64,000 nucleotides of DNA from an uncultured Gammaproteobacteria bacterium (GTDB lineage: Bacteria > Patescibacteriota > Microgenomatia > UBA1406). Shown piece by piece: positions 1 to 9,123 of this stretch (its first letter is position 1; every line of letters begins with the position of its first letter). Both the position numbers and the translations under genes were made by a program. The DNA is taken from positions 16,357 to 80,356 of the forward strand of contig CAYPVH010000006.1 in NCBI GenBank assembly GCA_964414145.1, given 5' to 3'. Under the pieces are notes generated by a model, which was not told the DNA's origin, ran no database searches, and saw only the letters and a program-made list of their open reading frames with translations.

Positions 1-89
1 AAAAAGTTGGGCTGGAACACTCTGCTTTACAATACTGCCAACCCGGTTTTGTCTAGTAAAAAAGTTGAACAAGTTTTACAATTGTAACA

Positions 90-950
90 ATGACTTGGCC
101 AATATTAGCTGCAATTTCGATATTTTCCGTTTCAATTGCCAGCGTTATACAGAAAGTATTGATGACCAACAAGAAAAGCGATTCAATCACTTATTCAATT
201 GTTTTTCAATTTTTGTTAGGTGTAATTTTTACCGTTTATGTTTTATTTGTGGGTTTTAAAATGCCCCCGCTTGCCAAATACCCTTTTAACTACTTTGTTA
301 GCACACTTTTTTGGGGGCTGGCAACCTTTCTTTCATTTCAAGCGTTAAAATATATTTCTGCTTCACTTTTTTTAATTGTTGGTTCGTTTAGCACTCTTGT
401 AACTATGGTGGCTTCAGCAATATTTTTAAATGAACAAATATTTGGTAGGTACATAATTGGGGCAATATTAATATTACTGTCTGTTTATATAGTTTCTCGG
501 TTAAATAGTGACAAATCTGAAAATAAAAACCAAACCAAAGGCGTTTTGCTTACGCTTCTTATGGCGCTCTGCGGCGGATTAGCAGTTACCAATGATGTAT
601 TTTTGTTAAGAACCGCCGATACCGCTTCGTATTTAGCGGTTATGACATATTTGCCCGGAGTGGTTCTTTTATTATTAGCCCCAAAAAGCATTAAAAAGCT
701 GGCAACTTTTGCCCAGCCGGCAGTTTTGGGAAATATGCTAATTTTTTCGCTCTTTTACGCCGGGCAAGCTATTACATATTATATGGCGGTTAACGCCGGA
801 GCTAATCTTTCTCAAATGGCACCTATTTCGAAAGCCAGTATTGTAATTGCCGTTATACTTGAAGTAATATTTTTGAGAAACACCAAAAATATACCTGCTA
901 AATTACTGGCAACTGTTTTATTAATGTTGGGGATTTTGTTTTTAAGGTAA
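90..950 (+). CDS. EamA/DMT-family membrane transporter (10-TM-like hydrophobic protein)
   Basis: 286 aa, hydrophobic throughout, two similar halves typical of drug/metabolite transporter duplication; clean ATG at 90. Confidence 0.55.
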   Translation: MTWPILAAISIFSVSIASVIQKVLMTNKKSDSITYSIVFQFLLGVIFTVYVLFVGFKMPPLAKYPFNYFVSTLFWGLATFLSFQALKYISASLFLIVGSFSTLVTMVASAIFLNEQIFGRYIIGAILILLSVYIVSRLNSDKSENKNQTKGVLLTLLMALCGGLAVTNDVFLLRTADTASYLAVMTYLPGVVLLLLAPKSIKKLATFAQPAVLGNMLIFSLFYAGQAITYYMAVNAGANLSQMAPISKASIVIAVILEVIFLRNTKNIPAKLLATVLLMLGILFLR

Positions 951-967
951 AAAGGTATTTTTTGTTA

Positions 968-1462
968 TTAGCTCTGAACTTGGATACGTTTGTATAAATC
1001 ATAGGCGCTCCCCTCTTCCCCAGTTGGTGGCTGAAAAACCTGAAAATTCTTTTTTAACGTTTCTTTACTAACAAAGAACTCGTTAGTTTGACTATTTCTT
1101 TTGTTAACCCGTTGCCAAAGTACATTGAATGGCGTGTCTAAAAAATGCAGTTCTACTTTTGCGCCAAGCTTTTTTGCAATTTTAAGATAACCGCTTCTCT
1201 CAGACCGCGACCAAAAACCATTTTCAAGAATTACGGTTACCCCAAGTTTTAACAGCTTTTGTGCTTCTTTCCACAGAAGTTGTTCAACCGGGTCCCTTAG
1301 CCGGTGTAATTCAACCATATCTGTTGGGTCTTTAAGTACACCCATAACCCAGTCATCCGGGCAAAAACGATGAGCCTTCCGTTCAACAGCAAGCTTTTTT
1401 GAAAGGGTTGTTTTGCCGGCGCCAGGTAAGCCGCAAATTAGTATTAATGTTCCTTTTTGCAT
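968..1462 (-). CDS. P-loop NTPase / predicted kinase (AAA_33-like)
   Basis: Walker A LICGLPGAGKTTLSKKL at N-terminus; size 164 aa typical of small nucleotide/zeta-like kinases. Confidence 0.55.
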   Translation of the reverse strand: MQKGTLILICGLPGAGKTTLSKKLAVERKAHRFCPDDWVMGVLKDPTDMVELHRLRDPVEQLLWKEAQKLLKLGVTVILENGFWSRSERSGYLKIAKKLGAKVELHFLDTPFNVLWQRVNKRNSQTNEFFVSKETLKKNFQVFQPPTGEEGSAYDLYKRIQVQS

Positions 1463-1654
1463 AACAAAAATTATACCTAAAAAAACAGTAAAAATGCGTG
1501 TTCTGCAGTTTGCTAAATAGCGCCCTTGTAAACCTCGTAGGTTTGCTGGGGCTTTGTTTATTATTTAAACAACTGGCTACAAACGCCTAGCTGCATTTTT
1601 AATGATATCTAGTATCGTTTTCTCTAGATAGTATCCTGTAGTATAATATGTGAT

Positions 1655-2029
1655 ATGACAAAAGAAGTCCCTCAGCTATTTTTAGTAGACGATGATCCAG
1701 AGGTACTTGAGCTATTGGCAATGGTTCTTGAACCAGATAACCATATTGCACTAGTTGCGTCAGCTGTTGGCACGGCACTAAGACTTATTCCAGACCAAGT
1801 AATAGAATTGGGAATAGATGTGGCCATAATTGACGGGGGTCTTTTAGATGGCCGAGGAGAAGAAGTGGCTACTGCCCTAAGGGAATGTATAAAAGCAGGC
1901 ACACTGCCGGCAATAGGGATAATCGGTTATTCTTTGGATAAAGTTAGTTTTGGAGATAAAAACCTAAAAAAAGGAAGACCAACAACTGAATTAAAAAATG
2001 CTATTGCTAGTCTAATTTTACAAAAATAA
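1655..2029 (+). CDS. Stand-alone response-regulator receiver (CheY-like) domain protein
   Basis: LFLVDDDPEVLELL acidic pocket motif, ~120 aa receiver-size protein. Confidence 0.45.
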   Translation: MTKEVPQLFLVDDDPEVLELLAMVLEPDNHIALVASAVGTALRLIPDQVIELGIDVAIIDGGLLDGRGEEVATALRECIKAGTLPAIGIIGYSLDKVSFGDKNLKKGRPTTELKNAIASLILQK

Positions 2030-2040
2030 TAAGTAGATTA

Positions 2041-2643
2041 TTGAACTTAGTACAGGATTATGAGAGTTTCAAAAGGTTTGATATAATAATGCCTATGATA
2101 GAGGCTGTTGCAAACCATGAAAAAAGATTTGATGGAATTATTCGTGATATTCGGGCTACTGATATTCCCCAACTGATTCCAATTCTTGAAACATGGATAA
2201 GGAATAGAGTTACGGGCCAACTTGAAAAAGAAGAGATACAAGAAATACTAGAAGCTATAGACATATTCTTTACTAATGGAAATAAAAGACGGTTCTTTGT
2301 TGCCGAACTTAACCCAGATATAGTGATTGGTTTAATAGATTGTGGGCCAGCGAGAGAAAATATGGCAGTATATGCGATTACTCCTAACCCAGCTGAAATA
2401 TTTAATGCATACGTAGCTAAAGAACACAGAGGGGGGAAGGGAGTAGGAAAAGCACTAGTAAATAGAGTTGTTCAATGGGCTACTACTGAAGGCTATACAG
2501 AGCTACTCCTGAATAGCGGGCCAAGATATAGGTTTTCTGGTTGGCCAGCCTGGACCAGAATATTTGGCAAACCCATTACGGTAGCAGAAGATTATTACGG
2601 TGAAGGCGCGCACGCACCTGTATGGAGTAAAATTTTGAGTTAA
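2041..2643 (+). CDS. GNAT family N-acetyltransferase
   Basis: acetyl-CoA binding motif HRGGKGVGKALV (R/Q-x-x-G-x-G/A); true start may be the internal Met at ~2089. Confidence 0.6.
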   Translation: MNLVQDYESFKRFDIIMPMIEAVANHEKRFDGIIRDIRATDIPQLIPILETWIRNRVTGQLEKEEIQEILEAIDIFFTNGNKRRFFVAELNPDIVIGLIDCGPARENMAVYAITPNPAEIFNAYVAKEHRGGKGVGKALVNRVVQWATTEGYTELLLNSGPRYRFSGWPAWTRIFGKPITVAEDYYGEGAHAPVWSKILS

Positions 2644-3266
2644 TAGGAAACTTTTTTTGTTATTCCATAAACATCAACTAAAGAAAGTTTATTATTGCTG
2701 TGCTTAATTTTAATATAGCCGGTGTTTTTTATTGAACCATAGGGCAGTTGATTAAAGCTGGCAAACTTTAAATGCACAAGCAAAGAAAGCATAACGTTTG
2801 CATGAGTAACAACCAAAACATTTTTTTTAGTTACTGCGCCTGCAACGCTTGTTAAATATTTTAAAACCCGCGCTAAGGTTTCGTGAAGAGATTCCATATT
2901 GTCAACAATTTTAAATAAAAGCTGTTCTTTACCGGAAAGACTGGTAAACAAGTTGTAACGTTCTCCATGCATTTCCATCATTTCTTTACCTGTTAAGCCC
3001 TCAAGAGCACCAAAATGGCGTTCGCGCAAGTGAGGTGTTTTTATTGCCGGGATTCCCTTTTTTTTAGCAATTATTTTTGCCGTATGCGAAGCACGAGCTA
3101 AATTAGAGGTGTGGATTTCTGTTATATCTATTGAGTTAAGTAAATCAGCAAGTAATTCTGCCTGATCAATACCTTTTTTTGTGAGCGGTGGGTTTGTGCC
3201 AATTATATCGCCATTAACATTGCCTTCCGATTCGCCGTGACGAATAACATAAAAATACGTGCTCAT
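2640..3266 (-). CDS. Histidine phosphatase family protein (phosphoglycerate-mutase-like)
   Basis: N-terminal catalytic RHG motif YVIRHGESEGN, second His region VVTHANVM. Confidence 0.7.
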   Translation of the reverse strand: MSTYFYVIRHGESEGNVNGDIIGTNPPLTKKGIDQAELLADLLNSIDITEIHTSNLARASHTAKIIAKKKGIPAIKTPHLRERHFGALEGLTGKEMMEMHGERYNLFTSLSGKEQLLFKIVDNMESLHETLARVLKYLTSVAGAVTKKNVLVVTHANVMLSLLVHLKFASFNQLPYGSIKNTGYIKIKHSNNKLSLVDVYGITKKVSY

Positions 3267-3278
3267 TTACTATTAAAT

Positions 3279-3800
3279 TTAAACTTTACTTTTAGCAACA
3301 AGTTCTTGTATTTTTGAATATATGATTTTGGGATCTTTAATATCTGCAATTGTTATTCCACTTTGATTTATTTTGTCTGTCATATTTATTGCCGGCGTAG
3401 ATATGACAATAGTACCCAAGTTATGTTTTTTTTGGATTGGTCCTCTTCTTAGGCTTATTTCTTTAATATCACTATACTTTATTGTTTTTTCTTCTACAGT
3501 AATAAAGCCTTCGAAAAATTCTAAATGATCTGAATAAAAATTATAGTTAATTGCCTCGTAACTTTTCTTTTTGCTAATGAAGGCCAGAAAAGGTACACCA
3601 AAAAAGAATAAAGAACCGAAAAAAGCAAATGTAGACCAGCCCGGCAAGTTTGGAAATAATGCTTGCCTAATCATAAAAGTAAAACCACCAAAAAACATTG
3701 CACCCCATAATGTTAGAAATAACTGAATGGGCAATATAGTTAATATAGTTTGGGATGGCAGAAAAACTGGTTTTAAGGTAAAGAGCGGTTTGTTTTGCAT
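3279..3800 (-). CDS. Bacterial PH-domain (bPH_2/YdbS-like) membrane protein
   Basis: two N-terminal TM helices followed by a PH-like domain ending ...KKHNLGTIVISTP. Confidence 0.5.
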   Translation of the reverse strand: MQNKPLFTLKPVFLPSQTILTILPIQLFLTLWGAMFFGGFTFMIRQALFPNLPGWSTFAFFGSLFFFGVPFLAFISKKKSYEAINYNFYSDHLEFFEGFITVEEKTIKYSDIKEISLRRGPIQKKHNLGTIVISTPAINMTDKINQSGITIADIKDPKIIYSKIQELVAKSKV

Positions 3801-3939
3801 TTGTATATTATAGCAAACTTAAACTCTTATGAGTTTTGTTATTTTCGGATATATAACTATTACAAAATATATTGATAATTCTGCGTTTATCTTGGCAATA
3901 TTAGGAACGTAATAAATCCTTCGGATTTAAACGTTCTAT

Positions 3940-4154
3940 AGCATAATCTCTAAACTCTCCTTCGCTCTCTAGGACATGACTATGGTCTATCCCGCTTTCG
4001 CTTTCGTCCAGCGGACTTTGTCCGCCGTAGCCTGTAAATATGCCCGCCGTATTCGTGAACAAGCCTTATGGGTTTTATTCGAACACGGCTTGTTCTCTCA
4101 TTTACTGGCGGGCACTGTTGTTTCTAAGCTCGATTACTCGCTAAGAAACATCAG
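3940..4154. other. GC-rich structured non-coding segment (candidate ncRNA or chromosomal att arm); unclassified
   Basis: GC content far above surroundings. Nested complementary stems on the minus strand: GCCCGCC..AACAAGCC..GGCTTGTT..GGCGGGC, plus GCGGAC-AAA-GTCCGC, plus a 9-bp stem at 4118-4147. The only ORF here (3976-4200) has no recognisable protein features and runs into the att core. Confidence 0.3.
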
Positions 4155-4192
4155 TGCGGAGCAGTTAGGTCTAGCACCCTTGTGTCCTGATA
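4155..4192 (+). repeat. att-like core plus P' arm, copy 1 (distal island boundary)
   Basis: tgcggag + cagttaggtctagcacccttgtgtcctgata; ~90% identical to 24056-24093. Confidence 0.6.
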
Positions 4193-4329
4193 ACTGCTAA
4201 GTGCATTCCTCTATTATTTTAGCAATTTTATGTACTTATAACCGAGACAAATGGGACAGTATAAAAAAGAAGTTAAATTATAAAGTGTGTATTGACACAC
4301 ACGCACACTTATAATAAAATAGTGGCTAC

Positions 4330-5490
4330 ATGACAAACACAAAAGTACAAGTCTTAAAAACAGAAAGGGAGGATGGATATAGAATCTTTACTCTTTCACT
4401 TGAGGATGAATCCAACAACAAACGTGAATATCAGATTTACGTCTTTGATAATGACTTCCCCATACAGGAGTCTGACACAACAGAAACAATGCTTCAAGAT
4501 TTTGCCAAGAAACAAATGACTGACTGGTTAAGGGATTCGGATGGAAAATTTCCTAAAGACAAATATCGTGTTCTTGTTAACGGTGGAAGAATCACAACTG
4601 ACAATGTGAACAGCTTTCTGTCAGTACAGAAAAAAACTGCAGATCTTACTCGTACCAACGTAACCATTTCCGCACCTCTATTTGAATGGGCCAAGGCTAA
4701 GGCTAGGAAAGAAAATACTAGCTTTAGTGACTTAGTCTCCAGGGGTTTGCTAACACTTAAAGATTCGGATAAAGAAATTAATGCATGGTACAAAGCTCAA
4801 CGAGTTTTTTTCAATGAAAAACTAGGTGATTTAGGTTCCTTTGAGGTTTTTCATTACCTACCCAACAATTATGAGGTTTTTGACACCGATAAGCTAAAGG
4901 ATGTTCTCCAGAAGGTAGAAGTAAGGCGAACTGGTTGGCCAATTGGAGCGTATCTAACGGGGAGCAATCAGCGACCGTATCCACAACAGGATGGTATTAG
5001 GGCTGAGTATAACCCTACAGATTATCTAAAAGTAGATTACTGGTACGCCAAGAATAAGGGTGAGTTTTATTTTGCTCGGAATTTAGAATCTGACTCTGGA
5101 AATGGCAAAGACAAGCCCAGAACTAGTCTTTATTTTGACACCTTGATTTGGAGAATAGCTGAATCCCTTGAACATTGTCTTGCCTATTATAAAGGGCTAG
5201 AAATAGATGAAGGGGAAAGAGTTAAGATAAAACTATCTCTTGATGGACTCACTGGCAGATCGCTCAGCGCTTGGAATCAAATGAGAGCGTTAACACTAAG
5301 GCACTATGTTTGTGAGTCGGATAGGGCAACGTGGGAAATGGAGATCACGCTCGATGAGTTAGAAAAACAGTTAGATGAGTTGATTTATGACGCTACAAGA
5401 AAACTTTTGGTGATGTTTAACTTTTTTGTTCCCAACAAAGAAGTGGTACAAGATATTCTTAAAAGAGAGTACAGAAAGTCGAATCTTTAA
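4330..5490 (+). CDS. Hypothetical protein with ribbon-helix-helix-like segment (island gene)
   Basis: 386 aa; segment VTISAPLFEWAKAKARKENTSFSDLVSRGL resembles a CopG/RHH antitoxin-type motif; large uncharacterised C-terminal domain. Confidence 0.5.
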   Translation: MTNTKVQVLKTEREDGYRIFTLSLEDESNNKREYQIYVFDNDFPIQESDTTETMLQDFAKKQMTDWLRDSDGKFPKDKYRVLVNGGRITTDNVNSFLSVQKKTADLTRTNVTISAPLFEWAKAKARKENTSFSDLVSRGLLTLKDSDKEINAWYKAQRVFFNEKLGDLGSFEVFHYLPNNYEVFDTDKLKDVLQKVEVRRTGWPIGAYLTGSNQRPYPQQDGIRAEYNPTDYLKVDYWYAKNKGEFYFARNLESDSGNGKDKPRTSLYFDTLIWRIAESLEHCLAYYKGLEIDEGERVKIKLSLDGLTGRSLSAWNQMRALTLRHYVCESDRATWEMEITLDELEKQLDELIYDATRKLLVMFNFFVPNKEVVQDILKREYRKSNL

Positions 5491-5491
5491 T

Positions 5492-6322
5492 ATGAAGGCT
5501 AAAAATTATATAACTGCTAAAGCACGTCAAGATATTAGAAAACTAGCAGAATTAATTGGCGAAATCATTCCTGCCACAAGTCTTGGTAATTTTTGTTTCA
5601 AAAAAATCGCTAACCAACGGACATCTACAAAAAAATTCTGGGTTAATGGAAATAATAAGAAAGAACAAATCAGTGTTTTTTTGACCAACTTATACCGTTA
5701 CCACCCAAACCTTATATATAAAATTATTAGAGAGAGTCTTCCAAAAGGAATTGAAAGACGTTATAAAATGGGTAATCCTATTCTCCAAAGTGAAATTGGA
5801 GAACTAAATCAAGCACTTCTAGCACTAAACATAAATCTTTCTAAAGAAATCCATGATCTAAATTTACCAACAGAAAAACCTAAGATTGTTCCACCTCCTC
5901 CTGAATTCCAAAATATAATGAGGAAAATGTCACTTGATGTCAAATTAGAAGAAAATGTAAAACAACTCTACCTAGATGGACATATAAATGAGTCTGTAAG
6001 AAAGTCTCTAGAAATTTACGAAAAAGAAGTACAGGACTTAAGTAGACTAGAATTAATTGGTAAGGATTTAATGATTCGAGCCTTCAATGAAAATAGTCCA
6101 ATTATCTTAGTAGCAGATGTATCTACCAGAAGAGGAAAATCATTTCAAGAAGGTTTTAGATACATCTCGGCAGGGATAATGCTACATTGGCGAAACAAAT
6201 TCAGTCATGGAAATGAGGATCAAATTTCATACATTGATGGTTTTCAATTAATTATGGCAATAAATCAATTAATGTGTGAAATTGAAGTCAACAAAGCTTT
6301 CAAAAATAAAAACTCCTATTAG
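5492..6322 (+). CDS. Abi_C/TIGR02391-like C-terminal domain protein (possible abortive-infection component)
   Basis: ATG at 5492 lies 2 nt after the upstream stop. C-terminal HWRNKFSHG block resembles the conserved RN..HG signature of the Abi C-terminal family. The ORF track extends the frame to 5426, but 5492 is the likely start. Confidence 0.4.
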   Translation: MKAKNYITAKARQDIRKLAELIGEIIPATSLGNFCFKKIANQRTSTKKFWVNGNNKKEQISVFLTNLYRYHPNLIYKIIRESLPKGIERRYKMGNPILQSEIGELNQALLALNINLSKEIHDLNLPTEKPKIVPPPPEFQNIMRKMSLDVKLEENVKQLYLDGHINESVRKSLEIYEKEVQDLSRLELIGKDLMIRAFNENSPIILVADVSTRRGKSFQEGFRYISAGIMLHWRNKFSHGNEDQISYIDGFQLIMAINQLMCEIEVNKAFKNKNSY

Positions 6323-6438
6323 AATGGAATTTCATCATCTGATATCTCACTGCTTTCAGAATCTTCGTTTGTATTATTTCTTCCAGTAATTGATTCTGTG
6401 TTATTATTTGATCCTTCTTCTAACTTAAGCTCATTAAA

Positions 6439-7455
6439 TCAATTCTCAATATTTAATAAAGGCTGGAACCATTTAACCAACTTATCTAATTCCTTTATAT
6501 TACTAGGTATTGAGTTATCTGCTATAAATTTTGCCTTATAATACTGATTCCAATAAGCTTCGCCTGATCGTCGTGGATGCTTACCCAAAAAAGAATCATA
6601 AAAAGATTCGTGAATTTCATAATGATGAGTGTGAATAAAATCAGACCATGTTTTACGGAGTTTGTTTTGATCGGAGCCTGGGCGGCAAATTATTTCTGTT
6701 TGTTCCATATTTCTTTCTACAATATCTCCCCATCCTTCTTTTAATAGCTTTATTGCTTCAATATCTGTCTTTGGCGCACTATAGCCAAAAATGCTAACCA
6801 TAAAACATCTTTTCAAAAAACACCGTATTGCATCCCATTCTCGTTGAATAAAATCCCCATCATTATAGTTCTTATTTTCTATTGGATATAACAGTTGTGA
6901 AGGCAAAAAGTAATTTCCACATTTTTTACATTTCCTCCCTATTACACCTCTCTTTTTATCTTTGGAACAATAGCCAACTTGTACATTTCCATGTAAAAAA
7001 AATAATTTAGGGAATTTGGTCACTCCATGTGAAGCTAATCTTATTCTAGATTGCATCAAAAACGGATCCCAATTAAAAGTCGCAATAACATCTTTTTCTC
7101 TCAATGAAAGAGTAATAACATCATATAAATTTGCTTCTCTAGGTAATTTAAGATTATTAAAATATTCTGAAATTTTTTCGTTTATTATCTCTACTTCTTT
7201 AGTATTTCCATTTTTAAATAATTTAGAATAAGCATCTTCAAAATTAACCTCAGACAAGGCTTGTAATTCTGTTGGAAATAAACTTTGAAGTGATAATTGT
7301 TTTGCTAAATCTTTCATCAAAGGAACCGGTTGCCCGTTCTCGTCACCATTATGCAATGCGGCATTATTAACTCCAGCACCAAGAATTAATACATGCGGTT
7401 TACGCATAAATATTTTTCCAATTTCTTCTTTTGCTGATACATTTAGATTATCCAT
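6439..7455 (-). CDS. SIR2-like (SIR2_2/DHS-like NAD-binding) domain protein, defense-type
   Basis: three motifs in order: VLILGAGVN (GAG), IATFNWDPFL (TxNYD-like), FFLHGNV (LHG). Start overlaps the upstream gene end (operon). Confidence 0.6.
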   Translation of the reverse strand: MDNLNVSAKEEIGKIFMRKPHVLILGAGVNNAALHNGDENGQPVPLMKDLAKQLSLQSLFPTELQALSEVNFEDAYSKLFKNGNTKEVEIINEKISEYFNNLKLPREANLYDVITLSLREKDVIATFNWDPFLMQSRIRLASHGVTKFPKLFFLHGNVQVGYCSKDKKRGVIGRKCKKCGNYFLPSQLLYPIENKNYNDGDFIQREWDAIRCFLKRCFMVSIFGYSAPKTDIEAIKLLKEGWGDIVERNMEQTEIICRPGSDQNKLRKTWSDFIHTHHYEIHESFYDSFLGKHPRRSGEAYWNQYYKAKFIADNSIPSNIKELDKLVKWFQPLLNIEN

Positions 7456-8530
7456 TCTTTTTTATTAAATGCATTAAATCATCTTCTTGTTCATATGCTT
7501 TCAATCTACCTGTCAATATACCTAATCTGTAATTAACTCCATCACTCATTAGTCTCCAATTCGTATCTTTAAGAGCTGAAATAACCGTTTTCTTCAGTAT
7601 GTTTTGACTATCTCTTTCATGTCTGTCTTCCTTAGTATTGTTTACTGAAAAATCTACTATTACATACTTACCAATATTTGGTTTGCCAAATTGTAAGTCT
7701 TGATAATAATTCTTTGCAAGAGCATTAATTAATGCTCTTTTAACTTGGATAAGTGTAAGTTTCTTAAGTTTTTTTGCTTTAATGTACCTGGGGTCTTTTC
7801 TTTTTTTTTCTAGTCTTTTTTGTTCATTTCTAAAACTCTTTAATCTTTCTATTGTATATACAAATTCATCACCTTCTTTTTTACTTAAGCAAAATTTATC
7901 TCGGTACTTATTAAGTAATTCTTTGTCTTGTTTTTCTTTATCGGCTTGTTCTTTTTCCCATTTCTTGTGATCATCAATCTCTTCTATAATGTAACTACAT
8001 TGAGAACATTCATCCTTCCAAATAGTTTTAGTTTTTAATGTTCTAATAGATTGCTTTAGTACTGAATTACAGCTTGGGCACTTTGGTTTCTCATATATTA
8101 TCCTTTTTCCTAAGTGATTAATAATTATTCCTTCTTTACAATGAGGACATTTTAGAGCAAAGTGAACTTCAAGATTCTCACCAACACTTCCGTGAAGATT
8201 TCTAGCTACATATTCCATCTTTGTTTCACATTTTTCACAGAATCTAGGTGGTGGAGTCGAGCAGTCGTATAGTTCTTGTTTTACCCTATCTCTCTCCATC
8301 CATTCATTAATTATCTTTTCTTTATTACAATATCTCTCTCCTGTATATGCCCAAATTGCAAGATTAAGTACTCTCTCAAGATCCTTTTTATTTTTGTCTA
8401 AAAAATGTTTAAGTGACTTGTATTTTGGATACTTAGAATTCTTAACTTCGTCTATTAAATGAAGAACATACTGGATAGTTCCAAGATCATAGAGTTCCTC
8501 GTAATAACTTCTATCTTTTAAGTATTGCAT
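7448..8530 (-). CDS. Multi-CxxC zinc-ribbon protein with lysine-rich coiled-coil, partner of the SIR2-like gene
   Basis: CEKCETK..CPHCKEG..CPSCNS..CSQCS motifs; translationally coupled on both sides (8530 and 7448-7455 overlaps). Confidence 0.5.
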   Translation of the reverse strand: MQYLKDRSYYEELYDLGTIQYVLHLIDEVKNSKYPKYKSLKHFLDKNKKDLERVLNLAIWAYTGERYCNKEKIINEWMERDRVKQELYDCSTPPPRFCEKCETKMEYVARNLHGSVGENLEVHFALKCPHCKEGIIINHLGKRIIYEKPKCPSCNSVLKQSIRTLKTKTIWKDECSQCSYIIEEIDDHKKWEKEQADKEKQDKELLNKYRDKFCLSKKEGDEFVYTIERLKSFRNEQKRLEKKRKDPRYIKAKKLKKLTLIQVKRALINALAKNYYQDLQFGKPNIGKYVIVDFSVNNTKEDRHERDSQNILKKTVISALKDTNWRLMSDGVNYRLGILTGRLKAYEQEDDLMHLIKKNG

Positions 8531-9123
8531 TAATTTCTTAATTCATAACGATATACTGTACTGTTATCCTTGTCTTCGCTATAAACCTTGATTGAATATT
8601 TAGCTCTGTTTTTGGGATAGAAATGAAAATTCATTTCGTTAAAGAAAATTATTCGGTAGCGATAATTCCCCTTCTCTAGAACCTTATCTAGCTTGATTGA
8701 TAACTCGGAGTTGGAGAAACTACCCTGAGCTTTTGCAAAGTAACGTTTGTCGAGAGTTAGATAGTTATTTTTATATCGCGCCTCACTAATTTTGTAGAAG
8801 TGCAGAATGTAGACATATCTATCTTTGTATTTGCCGAATGTATAAGTACAATCTCTGAATTTGTTTTCTGCCCTATACTTCTCCCCATACCTAATATTTG
8901 AGAGCATTGTAACCCCAAATCCCACAATTTTGGTTTCTAACGAACGCTTTAGGTAATCCTCTCTAGTAACTAATTTTGCCTCAGGGTTCCAAGCTTTGGC
9001 AGAGCTACTAAGAATACTTGAACAGGAAGCTTTGAGTTCGTTGAATTTTCTCGTATCAAAGAACAGAGCTTTTCGAATACGATTCTCAGGCGATAACTTC
9101 TTCCACTGAGTAATGCTTTTCAT
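8530..9123 (-). CDS. Hypothetical protein, first gene of the SIR2-like operon
   Basis: 197 aa ORF whose stop overlaps the start of the next gene (8530). Confidence 0.45.
   Translation of the reverse strand: MKSITQWKKLSPENRIRKALFFDTRKFNELKASCSSILSSSAKAWNPEAKLVTREDYLKRSLETKIVGFGVTMLSNIRYGEKYRAENKFRDCTYTFGKYKDRYVYILHFYKISEARYKNNYLTLDKRYFAKAQGSFSNSELSIKLDKVLEKGNYRYRIIFFNEMNFHFYPKNRAKYSIKVYSEDKDNSTVYRYELRN

Noticed and set aside
65-259. 64-aa ORF overlapping the start of the DMT transporter gene
   Set aside because: Different frame and overlaps a well-supported longer gene; low-complexity translation.
3940-4154. tmRNA (ssrA), RNase P RNA or SRP RNA identity for the GC-rich segment
   Set aside because: No GGTTCGA-type T-loop with CCA-proximal acceptor, no GGAAAGUCCGGGCUCC / ACAGAAnCCGGCUUA P4 strands, and no SRP domain IV motif could be found by eye. 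Left as unclassified structured RNA or att arm.
3976-4200. 74-aa ORF in the GC-rich segment before the island
   Set aside because: No RBS or recognisable protein features. Its frame runs through the att core and P' arm, and the open frame is explained by the GC-rich structured nature of the segment. Treated as non-coding.
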